Shown here piece by piece: positions 19,258 through 27,843 of a DNA stretch of 64,000 nucleotides; position 1 is the first letter of the stretch, and every line of letters begins with the position of its first letter. A model generated the notes under the pieces. That model was not told the DNA's origin. It was given only the letters and a program-made list of their open reading frames with translations, and did not search any database. The position numbers and the translations under genes were made by a program. The stretch comes from an uncultured virus (IMG/VR IMGVR_UViG_3300028887_000006) (taxonomy: Duplodnaviria; Heunggongvirae; Uroviricota; Caudoviricetes): IMG/VR virus record IMGVR_UViG_3300028887_000006; one strand, 5' to 3'.

Positions 19258-20196
19258 TTAAGCAACAGTAACTGCACATTTGACAATCGCTGTTGGGTGA
19301 GATACCACGCAACCACAAGTTGTCAAAACAGACCACAACATTTGGAAGTTGTTTTGTGCAGGAATCATACGGTCGCTAACTTTCTTGATAGCAAAGTGTG
19401 CCGCAGATTTAATACCCGCAAAGATTGTGCAAACGTTGGTTGTTGTTGGCATATTGGAAGATTCCAAAACCACCAAGCCAGCGATTGTACCACGGACAAT
19501 ACCGTCTTTCCACAAGGCGTTTTTGTCGGTCATATCAACTTTCACGAATGCTGGTTCTTTCAAAATGAAACGCATCACGTCTGGGTTAACTACAACATAG
19601 CCAACTTCTTTGATGCCACGGTCACCTTCCAAGTCAGAAACGTTGGAAACAGGTGTCGCACCGGCTTTTTTCAAAACAGCGGCGGCTTGTAACAACAAAT
19701 CATACACGTCACCTGCGGCAGCAGTTGTCGCATTGAATGCTGTCAAAGTTGTGCCAGCGGCGGCGATAATTGTGTTCATAACGAATGTGTCAATGAATTT
19801 TGACAACGCATACAAACCACGTTCGATGATTTTTGCTTGGAATGCTACGTCAGCAGTTTTCAAAGCATAATCTTCGAATTTAACAGCGGTTGATGGTGTT
19901 TCTGTTAATTGCAACACGAAATCGTCAACAGCGGCTGTACCATAAGAAATTGTACCTTCGGTACCTGGTGTACCTGGGGTTCCGCTACGTGTGTAGTAAT
20001 TCGCCACAGTCACAGACGAATCATTAACCATACGTAAGTGAATTGCATCAGAGTTATCTGACAGTTCAGAAGAATGGTCAACAGCAATGTGTTTATACAC
20101 ACCAACCAATGACAAGTTCTTCAATAACACCTTAGACCATTTTTCAGAAACGGCATTATAAGGTGCAATACCATTTAAGAAAGCATTGTTAGACAT
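19258..20196 (-). CDS. Major capsid protein
   Basis: EKWSKVLL, VVVNPD, GIVRGTIAGLVVLESSNMP typical of HK97-fold podovirus capsids. Confidence 0.85.
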   Translation of the reverse strand: MSNNAFLNGIAPYNAVSEKWSKVLLKNLSLVGVYKHIAVDHSSELSDNSDAIHLRMVNDSSVTVANYYTRSGTPGTPGTEGTISYGTAAVDDFVLQLTETPSTAVKFEDYALKTADVAFQAKIIERGLYALSKFIDTFVMNTIIAAAGTTLTAFNATTAAAGDVYDLLLQAAAVLKKAGATPVSNVSDLEGDRGIKEVGYVVVNPDVMRFILKEPAFVKVDMTDKNALWKDGIVRGTIAGLVVLESSNMPTTTNVCTIFAGIKSAAHFAIKKVSDRMIPAQNNFQMLWSVLTTCGCVVSHPTAIVKCAVTVA

Positions 20197-20346
20197 TGTT
20201 TATCCTTTGTTTTGTCTATGTTAAACTTATTAAATTTTTTATTGCGAACCTAAAATTGTCTGTTCTCGTCGGGCCTTTCGGTTATCCGATTTGAATCAGG
20301 TTTTACTGTCCTTCAAATATATATATCCATTTCGAACCAACTTTTT

Positions 20347-20685
20347 TTACTTTTTTATGAAATTTTTTGCAAAAAATGCTAAAATTATTAAAAAAATCAG
20401 CCACAAAGTGCGTTCATACTTGATTTGGACATCTTTTATCTTGGCTTCGCAAACATTCTCGGCAACAATTCTCTTGCTTTCTAACTCGTCAAACTTCGCC
20501 ATCACTTGCTCGGTCTTACATTCGTCGGGTAAAGTGTCTTTGGCTTGCACAATCGCCTGCTGGACACCATCAAAAGCGTGTTCAACAGGCGTTTTTCTCG
20601 TGCAGGAAGATAATAACAAGCAGACCACTGCAACCACAAAGCCCCAGATTAAGATTTCGCAGATAATTTCCAGTGTCTTGCTCAT
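20347..20685 (-). CDS. Putative spanin-like lipoprotein
   Basis: Hydrophobic stretch plus LLSSC lipobox, coiled coil, C-terminal TM; homologue of 50515..50805. Confidence 0.55.
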   Translation of the reverse strand: MSKTLEIICEILIWGFVVAVVCLLLSSCTRKTPVEHAFDGVQQAIVQAKDTLPDECKTEQVMAKFDELESKRIVAENVCEAKIKDVQIKYERTLWLIFLIILAFFAKNFIKK

Positions 20686-20695
20686 TTTTACCCCT

Positions 20696-21697
20696 TTATG
20701 ACCATAAAGATTTCATTTCTTCGTCTAATTGTTCCGCAATAGACATTGATTCTACTGGTTTTTTCGGTTTTGGCTGTTCTACACGAGTGGTAGATTTGAC
20801 CGACACCGCTTTTTGCTCGGCTTGCTTTGCAAATTCTTTCTTTGCCGCTTCATAGCCCTTGTCGTATTGCGATTTGCCGTAGGATTGGATTTCTTTTTTG
20901 ACCATACGGACATCGACGGTCGTTGGATTCAGTTTAATTGCCATCGCCATCAGGTTTTGGTTCTGCTCGTCATTCATAAATTCAGGGTCTTCTTCTGCCA
21001 TTTTGTCTAATTCTTCCGACAAAGGTTTCAGCAAGATTTCCTGACGATGTGCATTAGCCATTTGGCGAATTTGCGCCGCAACATTCATAGTCTCAACTTC
21101 TAAACGACGGTCTACACGAGCATCTAAGAAACCACGTGCTTTTTCTAACAATGCAGGGTCGCCAGTGCGTTTAAATTGGGTTAACAAATATTGAGCTTCT
21201 TTTGCGTCTTCAGCATTGGTTATAGTATCAAAAGCTTTATCTACTGCTTTCCAAGATTCTTCAGCAATTTTTGCATCAACAGCTTTATCAAAGTCGTCAC
21301 TTTGGACTTGTTTGATTTCTTTGGTTTCTTGTGCTTTCTCGCCCATTTTCTTTTCAAGGTTCTTATACGCATTTTCCAAATCTTCCTGCGACTTAAACTT
21401 GCCCAAAATCAACTTTGCAGGTTCTTCGGGTTGCGCTGGTTCGTCGGCAGGTTTTTCTTCCGCTGGCGTATCCGCTACATTTTCGTCTTTGTTTTCAGCG
21501 GGTTTTTCTTCTGTTTCGCCGTCTTGTAGCGTTGTAGCGGGTTCTTCGGCAGGTGTATCTGGTTGTTCAGGTTCATCAGCAGGTTTTTCTTCGCCCTCGG
21601 CAAATTCAGCCTGCAAGTCTGCCGCCAAGCCAGTCAAGGTATCGTTTTCTTCGCCAGCGACCGCTTTTTGCAATTCGTCTTCTGTAACGTCTATCAT
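20696..21697 (-). CDS. Capsid scaffolding protein
   Basis: Acidic Pro-rich N-terminus, LGKFKSQEDLENAYKNLEKKMG motif. Confidence 0.8.
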   Translation of the reverse strand: MIDVTEDELQKAVAGEENDTLTGLAADLQAEFAEGEEKPADEPEQPDTPAEEPATTLQDGETEEKPAENKDENVADTPAEEKPADEPAQPEEPAKLILGKFKSQEDLENAYKNLEKKMGEKAQETKEIKQVQSDDFDKAVDAKIAEESWKAVDKAFDTITNAEDAKEAQYLLTQFKRTGDPALLEKARGFLDARVDRRLEVETMNVAAQIRQMANAHRQEILLKPLSEELDKMAEEDPEFMNDEQNQNLMAMAIKLNPTTVDVRMVKKEIQSYGKSQYDKGYEAAKKEFAKQAEQKAVSVKSTTRVEQPKPKKPVESMSIAEQLDEEMKSLWS

Positions 21698-21700
21698 TTT

Positions 21701-21892
21701 TTACTCCTCTGTTGGTTTAACATTTTGCAGGTCTATAATATCGTAAATCGCCATCATATAGCCCTTGAATACTTGTTCGGTTTCTCTAAGCATTATCAGG
21801 GGTGCTTGGATTTTCAGCAGGTAATTCTGGATTTTCTGTACATCCATTGTCCTCGCTGACAACTGCAACTGTATCATCTCGTCTTTCGTCAT
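21701..21892 (-). CDS. Small head-assembly region protein
   Basis: ORF with SD immediately before the scaffold. Confidence 0.55.
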   Translation of the reverse strand: MTKDEMIQLQLSARTMDVQKIQNYLLKIQAPLIMLRETEQVFKGYMMAIYDIIDLQNVKPTEE

Positions 21893-22352
21893 TTTTTGCC
21901 TCTTTTTGCACTTTTTTTACTGTTTTACGTGATTTTTTCACATCTTTTGCAGGTTTTTCGTCGTTTTTGACTTCTTTTTCAACTTCTGCAACTAACTTTT
22001 CGTTGTCTTTTTCCAAAGTCGCCATATCTTTTTCAACCGCTTCTTGACCACGCACATTGACGTCGGCTTGTGCCACCGCTTGTGCAGCAACAGCAGGGTC
22101 GCAGTCTTCTTTCATTGTGGTAAATGGCTCAATAGCGTCTTTCAAGGCGTTCTGCCAACCATCACGAATATCTATACCCAGCAATTCGTTAAATTTCATA
22201 CGGTCTTTCAACGCTTCAATAAACGCGTGTTTTGTCATTGGATAACAATGAGAGAAAGCACCATTTCTACCCATATGTACACCATTACATACTATACCAA
22301 ATCCGCCGATTGAATCGGGTTCAAATGAAAAAGCAATCAATTTTCTAACCAT
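21786..22352 (-). CDS. Hypothetical protein
   Basis: ORF in the late operon. Confidence 0.6.
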   Translation of the reverse strand: MVRKLIAFSFEPDSIGGFGIVCNGVHMGRNGAFSHCYPMTKHAFIEALKDRMKFNELLGIDIRDGWQNALKDAIEPFTTMKEDCDPAVAAQAVAQADVNVRGQEAVEKDMATLEKDNEKLVAEVEKEVKNDEKPAKDVKKSRKTVKKVQKEAKNDERRDDTVAVVSEDNGCTENPELPAENPSTPDNA

Positions 22353-22573
22353 TTTTCTAACTCCATTTTTGTTTTTTGTTTATCGCAATACTTTTTTAAG
22401 CCTTTGCGATACCGTTTTTCATCTCTTCTCTCGCATTTCCCTGCCCACATAAAGTAGGTGGCAACACAAGCGTTTTTTTCTGCGTGTCGGTCGTATAACT
22501 CCCACGCTTTCCCAGCAAGTTCTGGGTATCTCTCGACTAGGGTCTGCCATTCAGCAAGTTCTTCCTTTGTCAT
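22337..22573 (-). CDS. Hypothetical protein
   Basis: Probable ATG 22573 overlapping the terL stop, SD ggag. Confidence 0.55.
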   Translation of the reverse strand: MTKEELAEWQTLVERYPELAGKAWELYDRHAEKNACVATYFMWAGKCERRDEKRYRKGLKKYCDKQKTKMELEKWLEN

Positions 22574-23955
22574 ACATACACTCCTGCTCCTGCCGCTTTT
22601 TTCAGCGATAGTTCCCACATTTCTTTTAAGGTCTGTGACCTTGGCTTCTCGACTTTTGTAAAATTCTCTAACACGGGGTCATTCGCTATTACGCAATATG
22701 ATGCCGCATCAAAGATATGCGACTTTGCATAGTCTATTGTCTTCATTCCAGGTCTAGCAGGTATCTCTATAATCTTGCCAAACTTGTCATAACTCAATAA
22801 CTTACACGAATGGCATAAGTGCTTGCATTCAGGGTTCACAAGTATATGCGGTTTCCCGTCAAGACCCCGAACGTGCCAATCAAAGTTATTCACTCGGTTG
22901 CTAATACTCGTGTTGGCTTTCGGCACTTGAAAATCAAACCGTATCCGTTCTTTCACTAGCACCTGTTCAATAATAGCATAATTCGAAAATTCACTATTAG
23001 ACGACCTATTACGACCCGATGCGTCGCCATTTATTACCAAGGGGCGACCTTCGTATTTACGGTGGTATATTTTAGCAAACTCTTCCGCAACCCTATATGT
23101 CGACACATTTTCCAGCACAATCTCGTCGCTAAAATAAAAATCGTGGTCACCGTTCCAATGAGCAATTACAGAACACTGCGGGTTGATATTAAAGTCTAAC
23201 GACCAGTATATAGTATTACTCTCGTGGCCGACCCCGATATTCAAGTCAGGATTCCAAGATTTTACCACTGGCGAATCACTAGCAGATTGCAACTTGCCCA
23301 GATATATCATTTTGTAGTCATCAGGGCGGTTCTGTTTCATCATAGAAATATCGTGCAATGTTGCCTCAGGCAAGACAAACGGATTATAGCGGAAATCTTT
23401 GAAACATGTATACGCGTCGTCTCTCTTTGGTGATTCTGGCCCAAACAACTGCCAGACCATATCGCTCTCTTGGTCCGGGTTTGCGCTAATAACAATAAAT
23501 GAATTTTTTGCGCGAATTGTTGGCACCAGACTTTCCCAACTCGCCTTGCTCACAGATTGACCTTCTTCCAACCAACAAATATCAACGTTCGTCATTGACC
23601 GAATATTATGAATCCCGGTCTCTTGTAAGCCGCGGAATATAAACGTAGTGCCATTTGCCGCCCTAATACTGTCGTTATAAATCGCATACGGCAATTCGTA
23701 TTCCCGAATAATATCGCACAACTGGGCGTGAACAGAGTCCTTTATACTCGACATCGTTTGACGTGCGCACAAAATACGCAACGGCTTTAACAACCCCGCT
23801 ATTAACAACGTCTTACTGATATTTACAGATTTACCAATTCCCATACGCCCCGTCAGGTAAGCAAAGTATCTGTATTTATAATTATACAGGTTTTCAAGTA
23901 TCGGCTTAAAATCTGCGACAATATCCAATTTATGCTCCCTCCGGTTTGTCCCCAC
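22570..23955 (-). CDS. terL: Terminase large subunit (PBSX-like)
   Basis: Walker A TGRMGIGKS, CARQTMSSIKDSV, Walker B CWLEEGQ, PTIR, nuclease LDFN and HIFDAASY; start may be TTG 23928. Confidence 0.93.
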   Translation of the reverse strand: MGTNRREHKLDIVADFKPILENLYNYKYRYFAYLTGRMGIGKSVNISKTLLIAGLLKPLRILCARQTMSSIKDSVHAQLCDIIREYELPYAIYNDSIRAANGTTFIFRGLQETGIHNIRSMTNVDICWLEEGQSVSKASWESLVPTIRAKNSFIVISANPDQESDMVWQLFGPESPKRDDAYTCFKDFRYNPFVLPEATLHDISMMKQNRPDDYKMIYLGKLQSASDSPVVKSWNPDLNIGVGHESNTIYWSLDFNINPQCSVIAHWNGDHDFYFSDEIVLENVSTYRVAEEFAKIYHRKYEGRPLVINGDASGRNRSSNSEFSNYAIIEQVLVKERIRFDFQVPKANTSISNRVNNFDWHVRGLDGKPHILVNPECKHLCHSCKLLSYDKFGKIIEIPARPGMKTIDYAKSHIFDAASYCVIANDPVLENFTKVEKPRSQTLKEMWELSLKKAAGAGVYV

Positions 23956-24442
23956 TAGACCCCTTCAACCTCGCAAGAAAATATTCCAGTTTTTCAGGCT
24001 CTATTGGCTCAGCAAGTGAAGGTATAAACCGAACCTCAATCTCGCTAGCCCCCCCGCTTTCACCAGACTCAGTGCTAATCCTCGTCAAAGCAGAAACTCC
24101 CTGCAACGCCTTGACCGTGGCCTCAAGGGCAGCACGATTAGGACTCTTCCCGTCCCGACTCGCCTGCATTAACTGCTCTTCAAGGTGATTCAGTATCACA
24201 TCATTATCCAACGCTTTGATTTTCGCCAACCAACTTGCCTGCCCCTCTTCCTCCAACCGCAAACTAAAACTATTCCACCCAAGCAACGGCAAATCCCGCC
24301 ACTCGCCCCGAAAATACAACCTTTCCAACTGGCTTACCCGAAAATCATGATTAAGCATCTCACGAAACTGCGTACCAGGGTGAGCATCAGTCAACGCCAC
24401 CGCACACCGATAAAAACGCTCGCCGTCTAACTTTCCTTCCAT
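23930..24442 (-). CDS. terS: Probable terminase small subunit
   Basis: Immediately upstream of terL; helical with an IEVRFI C-terminal strand. Confidence 0.55.
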   Translation of the reverse strand: MEGKLDGERFYRCAVALTDAHPGTQFREMLNHDFRVSQLERLYFRGEWRDLPLLGWNSFSLRLEEEGQASWLAKIKALDNDVILNHLEEQLMQASRDGKSPNRAALEATVKALQGVSALTRISTESGESGGASEIEVRFIPSLAEPIEPEKLEYFLARLKGSSGDKPEGA

Positions 24443-24466
24443 ATCAATACGCCCCCTGACTCTACT

Positions 24467-24496
24467 ACCCTATACCTTCCCCAGCCCCCATGTCAA
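24467..24496 (-). promoter_or_regulatory. Candidate late promoter TTGACA-18-TAGGGT
   Basis: Perfect -35 just upstream of terS. Confidence 0.45.
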
Positions 24497-25020
24497 GCTC
24501 TTTTTTTATCAGCGTGATTTCCGCTATCGCAACCCCCACAGAAATTCGAGGTTGACCTACCTAAAGACACCATGTGCCACACCCCCCCTGGCACGAAAAA
24601 CCACCGGCAAAAAATACCACCCCGACCGCCCGCCAAAGTTCAACCGCTTTATTAACAAATCAACCACAGGTTAAACCATCAACCAACACGATAAAAGTTA
24701 ACAAATCACTTCAACCAAATCGATTCGGGCCGGCACATTTTGCTAAAATTTTGTCAATAGTGTTTTTCCCCAATACACACCGCAGAAAACCGCCGTTTTT
24801 CCCCAATCATTAAAAATTCCACCGATAGTAAAAATCCAGCAACCACACAGAAAACCTGATTTTTTTGCCCATTCTACCTATTTTACCAATAAAAAAGTAT
24901 ACGCGATAAGTAAAAAAAATATAAAAAAGAATTTAAAAAGCCCTTTTTTGCGGCAGAATGGGCAGAAAATGGGCGGAATCCGCCTTGAAAAAACCGATAA
25001 TTGCTTTTTTGCGTTTTTTC

Positions 25021-25049
25021 TTGACTTACCCGATTTTTTTAGATATATT
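25021..25049 (+). promoter_or_regulatory. Sigma70 promoter TTGACT-17-TATATT
   Basis: Sequence; upstream of the HTH gene. Confidence 0.6.
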
Positions 25050-25114
25050 TAGATTAACTTGAAAAAGCCGATTTGGGCATTCAAGTAAATCTTGACAAAG
25101 AAGGAGTTAAAAAA

Positions 25115-25288
25115 ATGAAAAACTTAATCAATGCGCCGGAGGTTGCTCGGCTTTGCGGAATAAATGCAACAACAGTTAGAAAAAACGCTACCAATGGGTC
25201 ATTAGGATTTAAGGGAATTCGTATTGGTGGCCTTTGGAAATTTTCAAGGGTTGAGGTCTTGGAACACTTGGAAAAAATGAAAATGTAA
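25115..25288 (+). CDS. MerR/excisionase-like (HTH_17) DNA-binding protein
   Basis: EVARLCGINATTVRK...GIRIGGLWKF; SD aaggag. Confidence 0.85.
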   Translation: MKNLINAPEVARLCGINATTVRKNATNGSLGFKGIRIGGLWKFSRVEVLEHLEKMKM

Positions 25289-25317
25289 AGTATTTTAACG
25301 ATTTGCGATATTTTCGC

Positions 25318-25346
25318 TTGACAAGGTAAAAAACTTATAATATAAT
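25318..25346 (+). promoter_or_regulatory. Perfect consensus sigma70 early promoter TTGACA-17-TATAAT
   Basis: Exact hexamers and spacing. Confidence 0.9.
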
Positions 25347-25414
25347 AAGAGCGAACACCAAGGGGACAAACCAAACACAAACCCTTGGAAAAGTTGACAA
25401 AAAAGGGGGCAACT

Positions 25415-25594
25415 ATGACATTTATAAAAGAACTGATTTGGGTTATTTGGGACTTACTTAAATCCTTTGGCGGATGGCTTTGGGATTTAATCGGCACAGA
25501 GCAGAAACCAACGGCGGCGGAAATTGTAACCACTTTGGCAATTCTGGCGGTACTATACTTTGGACTTTTGGCACTTTGGGCAGTATTGGCATAG
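25415..25594 (+). CDS. Small membrane protein
   Basis: Hydrophobic C-terminal helix; SD aaggggg. Confidence 0.65.
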   Translation: MTFIKELIWVIWDLLKSFGGWLWDLIGTEQKPTAAEIVTTLAILAVLYFGLLALWAVLA

Positions 25595-25686
25595 ATTCCA
25601 AACCCTAGCGGGCGCAATTGCCCGTTTGGGCTTGGGATTGTCCCAAGGCAAAAAACAAAAAACAAACTAAAAAAAGAGGGTAAAAA

Positions 25687-26157
25687 ATGAAAAAAATTGA
25701 TTCTTTAATAAATGAAACAGTGAAAAACATCAACGGCGAAGCGGTCGGACTGGCGGACTATTGTGACAGTTCTTCGTATGTCTGCGATGCAATTTCTGAA
25801 ATAGTGGATTGCGATTGTCCGGTGTACTGGTCGGGACTTGTGAAATGGTTTGACGAAGAGCCAAACAGCCAAGACTATATTAATGAAGCCGTGAATGAGT
25901 TCGGTTTTAATGGTGACTTTGATATTTTCAAGGCAATTCAGTGGGGTTGGTGTAAAAAAACCGAAGAAGAAATTTATCAAGAGAAAAATGACGGCTTACT
26001 TCTGGCGGCTTATGTTTTGATTCGTGATTCATATAAATTGGAAGAAATCACAGACGAACAAACCGAACAAGTCGAAAATATAGACTTTGACAGAATCGAC
26101 ACATTTACAGACTTACAAAACGAAGTCGAATCTATTATACACCCAGAAAACGACTAA
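25687..26157 (+). CDS. Acidic Ocr-like anti-restriction (DNA mimic) candidate
   Basis: About 37 D/E versus 11 K/R; DAISEIVDCDCPVYW resembles the Ocr core; early position. Confidence 0.55.
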   Translation: MKKIDSLINETVKNINGEAVGLADYCDSSSYVCDAISEIVDCDCPVYWSGLVKWFDEEPNSQDYINEAVNEFGFNGDFDIFKAIQWGWCKKTEEEIYQEKNDGLLLAAYVLIRDSYKLEEITDEQTEQVENIDFDRIDTFTDLQNEVESIIHPEND

Positions 26158-26171
26158 AAAAGGGGGCAGAA

Positions 26172-26357
26172 ATGACTAGACAAGAATATCAACGGCGCTG
26201 GATTGCATGCAAACGTGCCAAGGTTGCCGGCTTAAATATTGAACTTGCCGACGCTTTTTTGGGTGTTGCGGCTGCGTTTGGCTATGAGAAACAAACCGCC
26301 CGAGCGGCTTTATATCTGGCGGCTCGTGAGGGTTTACTTGGAACTTTACAACGATAA
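26172..26357 (+). CDS. Hypothetical protein
   Basis: SD aaggggg. Confidence 0.65.
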   Translation: MTRQEYQRRWIACKRAKVAGLNIELADAFLGVAAAFGYEKQTARAALYLAAREGLLGTLQR

Positions 26358-26371
26358 AAAAGGGGGCTAAA

Positions 26372-26497
26372 ATGACTTCATTAATACTTGCGGGCTTGTT
26401 AATTTGTTACTGGTGCGACGTGATTACGCTGGGAACACTTGTTTCTATTGTGCTGGTAGCGTTAACAATAGCATTGATTGAAAAAGAAAATATGTAA
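26372..26497 (+). CDS. 41-aa membrane peptide (MTSLILAGLL...)
   Basis: Translated by hand; SD aaggggg. Confidence 0.6.
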   Translation: MTSLILAGLLICYWCDVITLGTLVSIVLVALTIALIEKENM

Positions 26498-26512
26498 AAA
26501 AGGGGGGCATTT

Positions 26513-26851
26513 ATGAAAGAAATACTAGAAAAAGCCTTGTTGTGCGAAATTTACGGGCAAATTTGGCACAATCCGGACAATTATGAACTGAAAACGATAA
26601 CCGACTACCTTGGCGACTATGTGAAAGACCTTGCCGAGCAAAAAAAACGGCTGGACTTGTCCGCTTTGGCGGTTGGGGTTGCTGATGCTGTGCATGACCA
26701 TTTTTTAGAGTGTGAAGAGTGCGGGGAAAAATTCTTACCTGGTGAAATGAACGATACTGAAAAAAAGTGTATTCATTGCAAACCAAACTACGACCCCGAG
26801 GGAATGCCTGGGGGCTGGAACGATAAACAAATAGAAAAAGGGTGGAACTAA
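26513..26851 (+). CDS. Zinc-ribbon protein
   Basis: CEEC...CIHC. Confidence 0.65.
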   Translation: MKEILEKALLCEIYGQIWHNPDNYELKTITDYLGDYVKDLAEQKKRLDLSALAVGVADAVHDHFLECEECGEKFLPGEMNDTEKKCIHCKPNYDPEGMPGGWNDKQIEKGWN

Positions 26852-27021
26852 TGAAAACGGCTTTTATTTTATGCCTGTGTGCGTGTTTTGCGTGCATGGG
26901 CTACTATCTGGGCAAAAATGATGGACTGTACCAAGGCGCCATTGATATGCGTGTATGCATGGATAACGGTGCGAATGATTGGTATGTGTCCGGCACTGAA
27001 TTAAATTGTATTTTTGACTAA
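26851..27021 (+). CDS. 56-aa Cys-rich secreted/membrane peptide (MKTAFILCLCAC...)
   Basis: Translated by hand; coupled start. Confidence 0.55.
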   Translation: MKTAFILCLCACFACMGYYLGKNDGLYQGAIDMRVCMDNGANDWYVSGTELNCIFD

Positions 27022-27025
27022 TGTG

Positions 27026-27054
27026 TCGACAATTTAAAAAAAATAATGTAAAAT
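27026..27054 (+). promoter_or_regulatory. Promoter TCGACA-17-TAAAAT
   Basis: Sequence; same -35 variant at 30801 and 33214. Confidence 0.7.
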
Positions 27055-27087
27055 AACACTGAACGAACCAAAAAAAGAGGTTAAGAA

Positions 27088-27714
27088 ATGACTACTATTG
27101 AAAAATTACAAAAATTATACACTGAATTGCAAGGGGCGAACATTGAAAAATATGTCGACCAGAAAAACACTGGCAAAACCAAACTAGATTATTTGAGTTG
27201 GGGTGCCGCTGTTGACTTTTTTACAAAGGGCTGTCACGCTTTGGGGCTTGATTGGACTTATTCACATCGTTTTATAGATATGGGAACACGTGGGGCATTT
27301 GTTGAAACCACTGTGACGGTGTTTGATGCTGAAAATGGGGAAACAGTCGAAAAAATTATGTCGTTGCCTTGTATGACTTTAACAAACCAAGCCGCAAAAG
27401 ATGCTGATGTGATGAATATCAATAAAACACAGATGCGTGCGTTGGTAAAATGTTTTACGCTGTTTGGGTTGGGATTAAAGTTGTATTTGAAAGATTTTAG
27501 CGAATTAGATGAAGTAAAAATGGCATCAAGTAATAAACAAGATGAATTGGAAAAGAAAATCGCAATTATGCGTGAACGTATTAAAAAAATGCTGGACAAT
27601 TTAAGCCCTGAAACCGATGTGTCGCAATTCGCAGATTATGCCACTTGTGACGATGTAGAACGCTTGACGGCTATTGGTATTGCTGTAAAGAAATTATACG
27701 ACCAAGGGTGTTAA
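27088..27714 (+). CDS. Single-strand annealing protein (Sak/DUF1071-like)
   Basis: LDYLSWG, LPCM..TN, INKTQMRALVKC..FGLGL.LY. Confidence 0.85.
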   Translation: MTTIEKLQKLYTELQGANIEKYVDQKNTGKTKLDYLSWGAAVDFFTKGCHALGLDWTYSHRFIDMGTRGAFVETTVTVFDAENGETVEKIMSLPCMTLTNQAAKDADVMNINKTQMRALVKCFTLFGLGLKLYLKDFSELDEVKMASSNKQDELEKKIAIMRERIKKMLDNLSPETDVSQFADYATCDDVERLTAIGIAVKKLYDQGC

Positions 27715-27716
27715 AA

Positions 27717-27791
27717 ATGCACGTATTTGGTGGTTTAATATTGATTTTTACATTTGGACTAATATGGGGGCTAATAAAATGCATATTTTAG
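27717..27791 (+). CDS. 24-aa hydrophobic peptide MHVFGGLILIFTFGLIWGLIKCIF
   Basis: Translated by hand; SD aaggg. Confidence 0.45.
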   Translation: MHVFGGLILIFTFGLIWGLIKCIF

Positions 27792-27832
27792 GAATTATAT
27801 TGGCGTTGTGTTTCTTGGGAATGGCAAAATAA
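27779..27832 (+). CDS. 17-aa hydrophobic peptide MHILGIILALCFLGMAK
   Basis: Translated by hand; SD ggggg. Confidence 0.4.
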   Translation: MHILGIILALCFLGMAK

Positions 27833-27843
27833 AGGAAAGGGCG

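Noticed and set aside
21216..21746. Long antisense ORFs here and at 52157, 56801, 57758 and 59183
   Set aside because: Shadow frames of real minus-strand genes; no SD or motifs, with composition mirroring the sense protein
24574..24813. ORF in the control region
   Set aside because: No SD; Pro/Thr/Asn bias arises from the C/A strand skew
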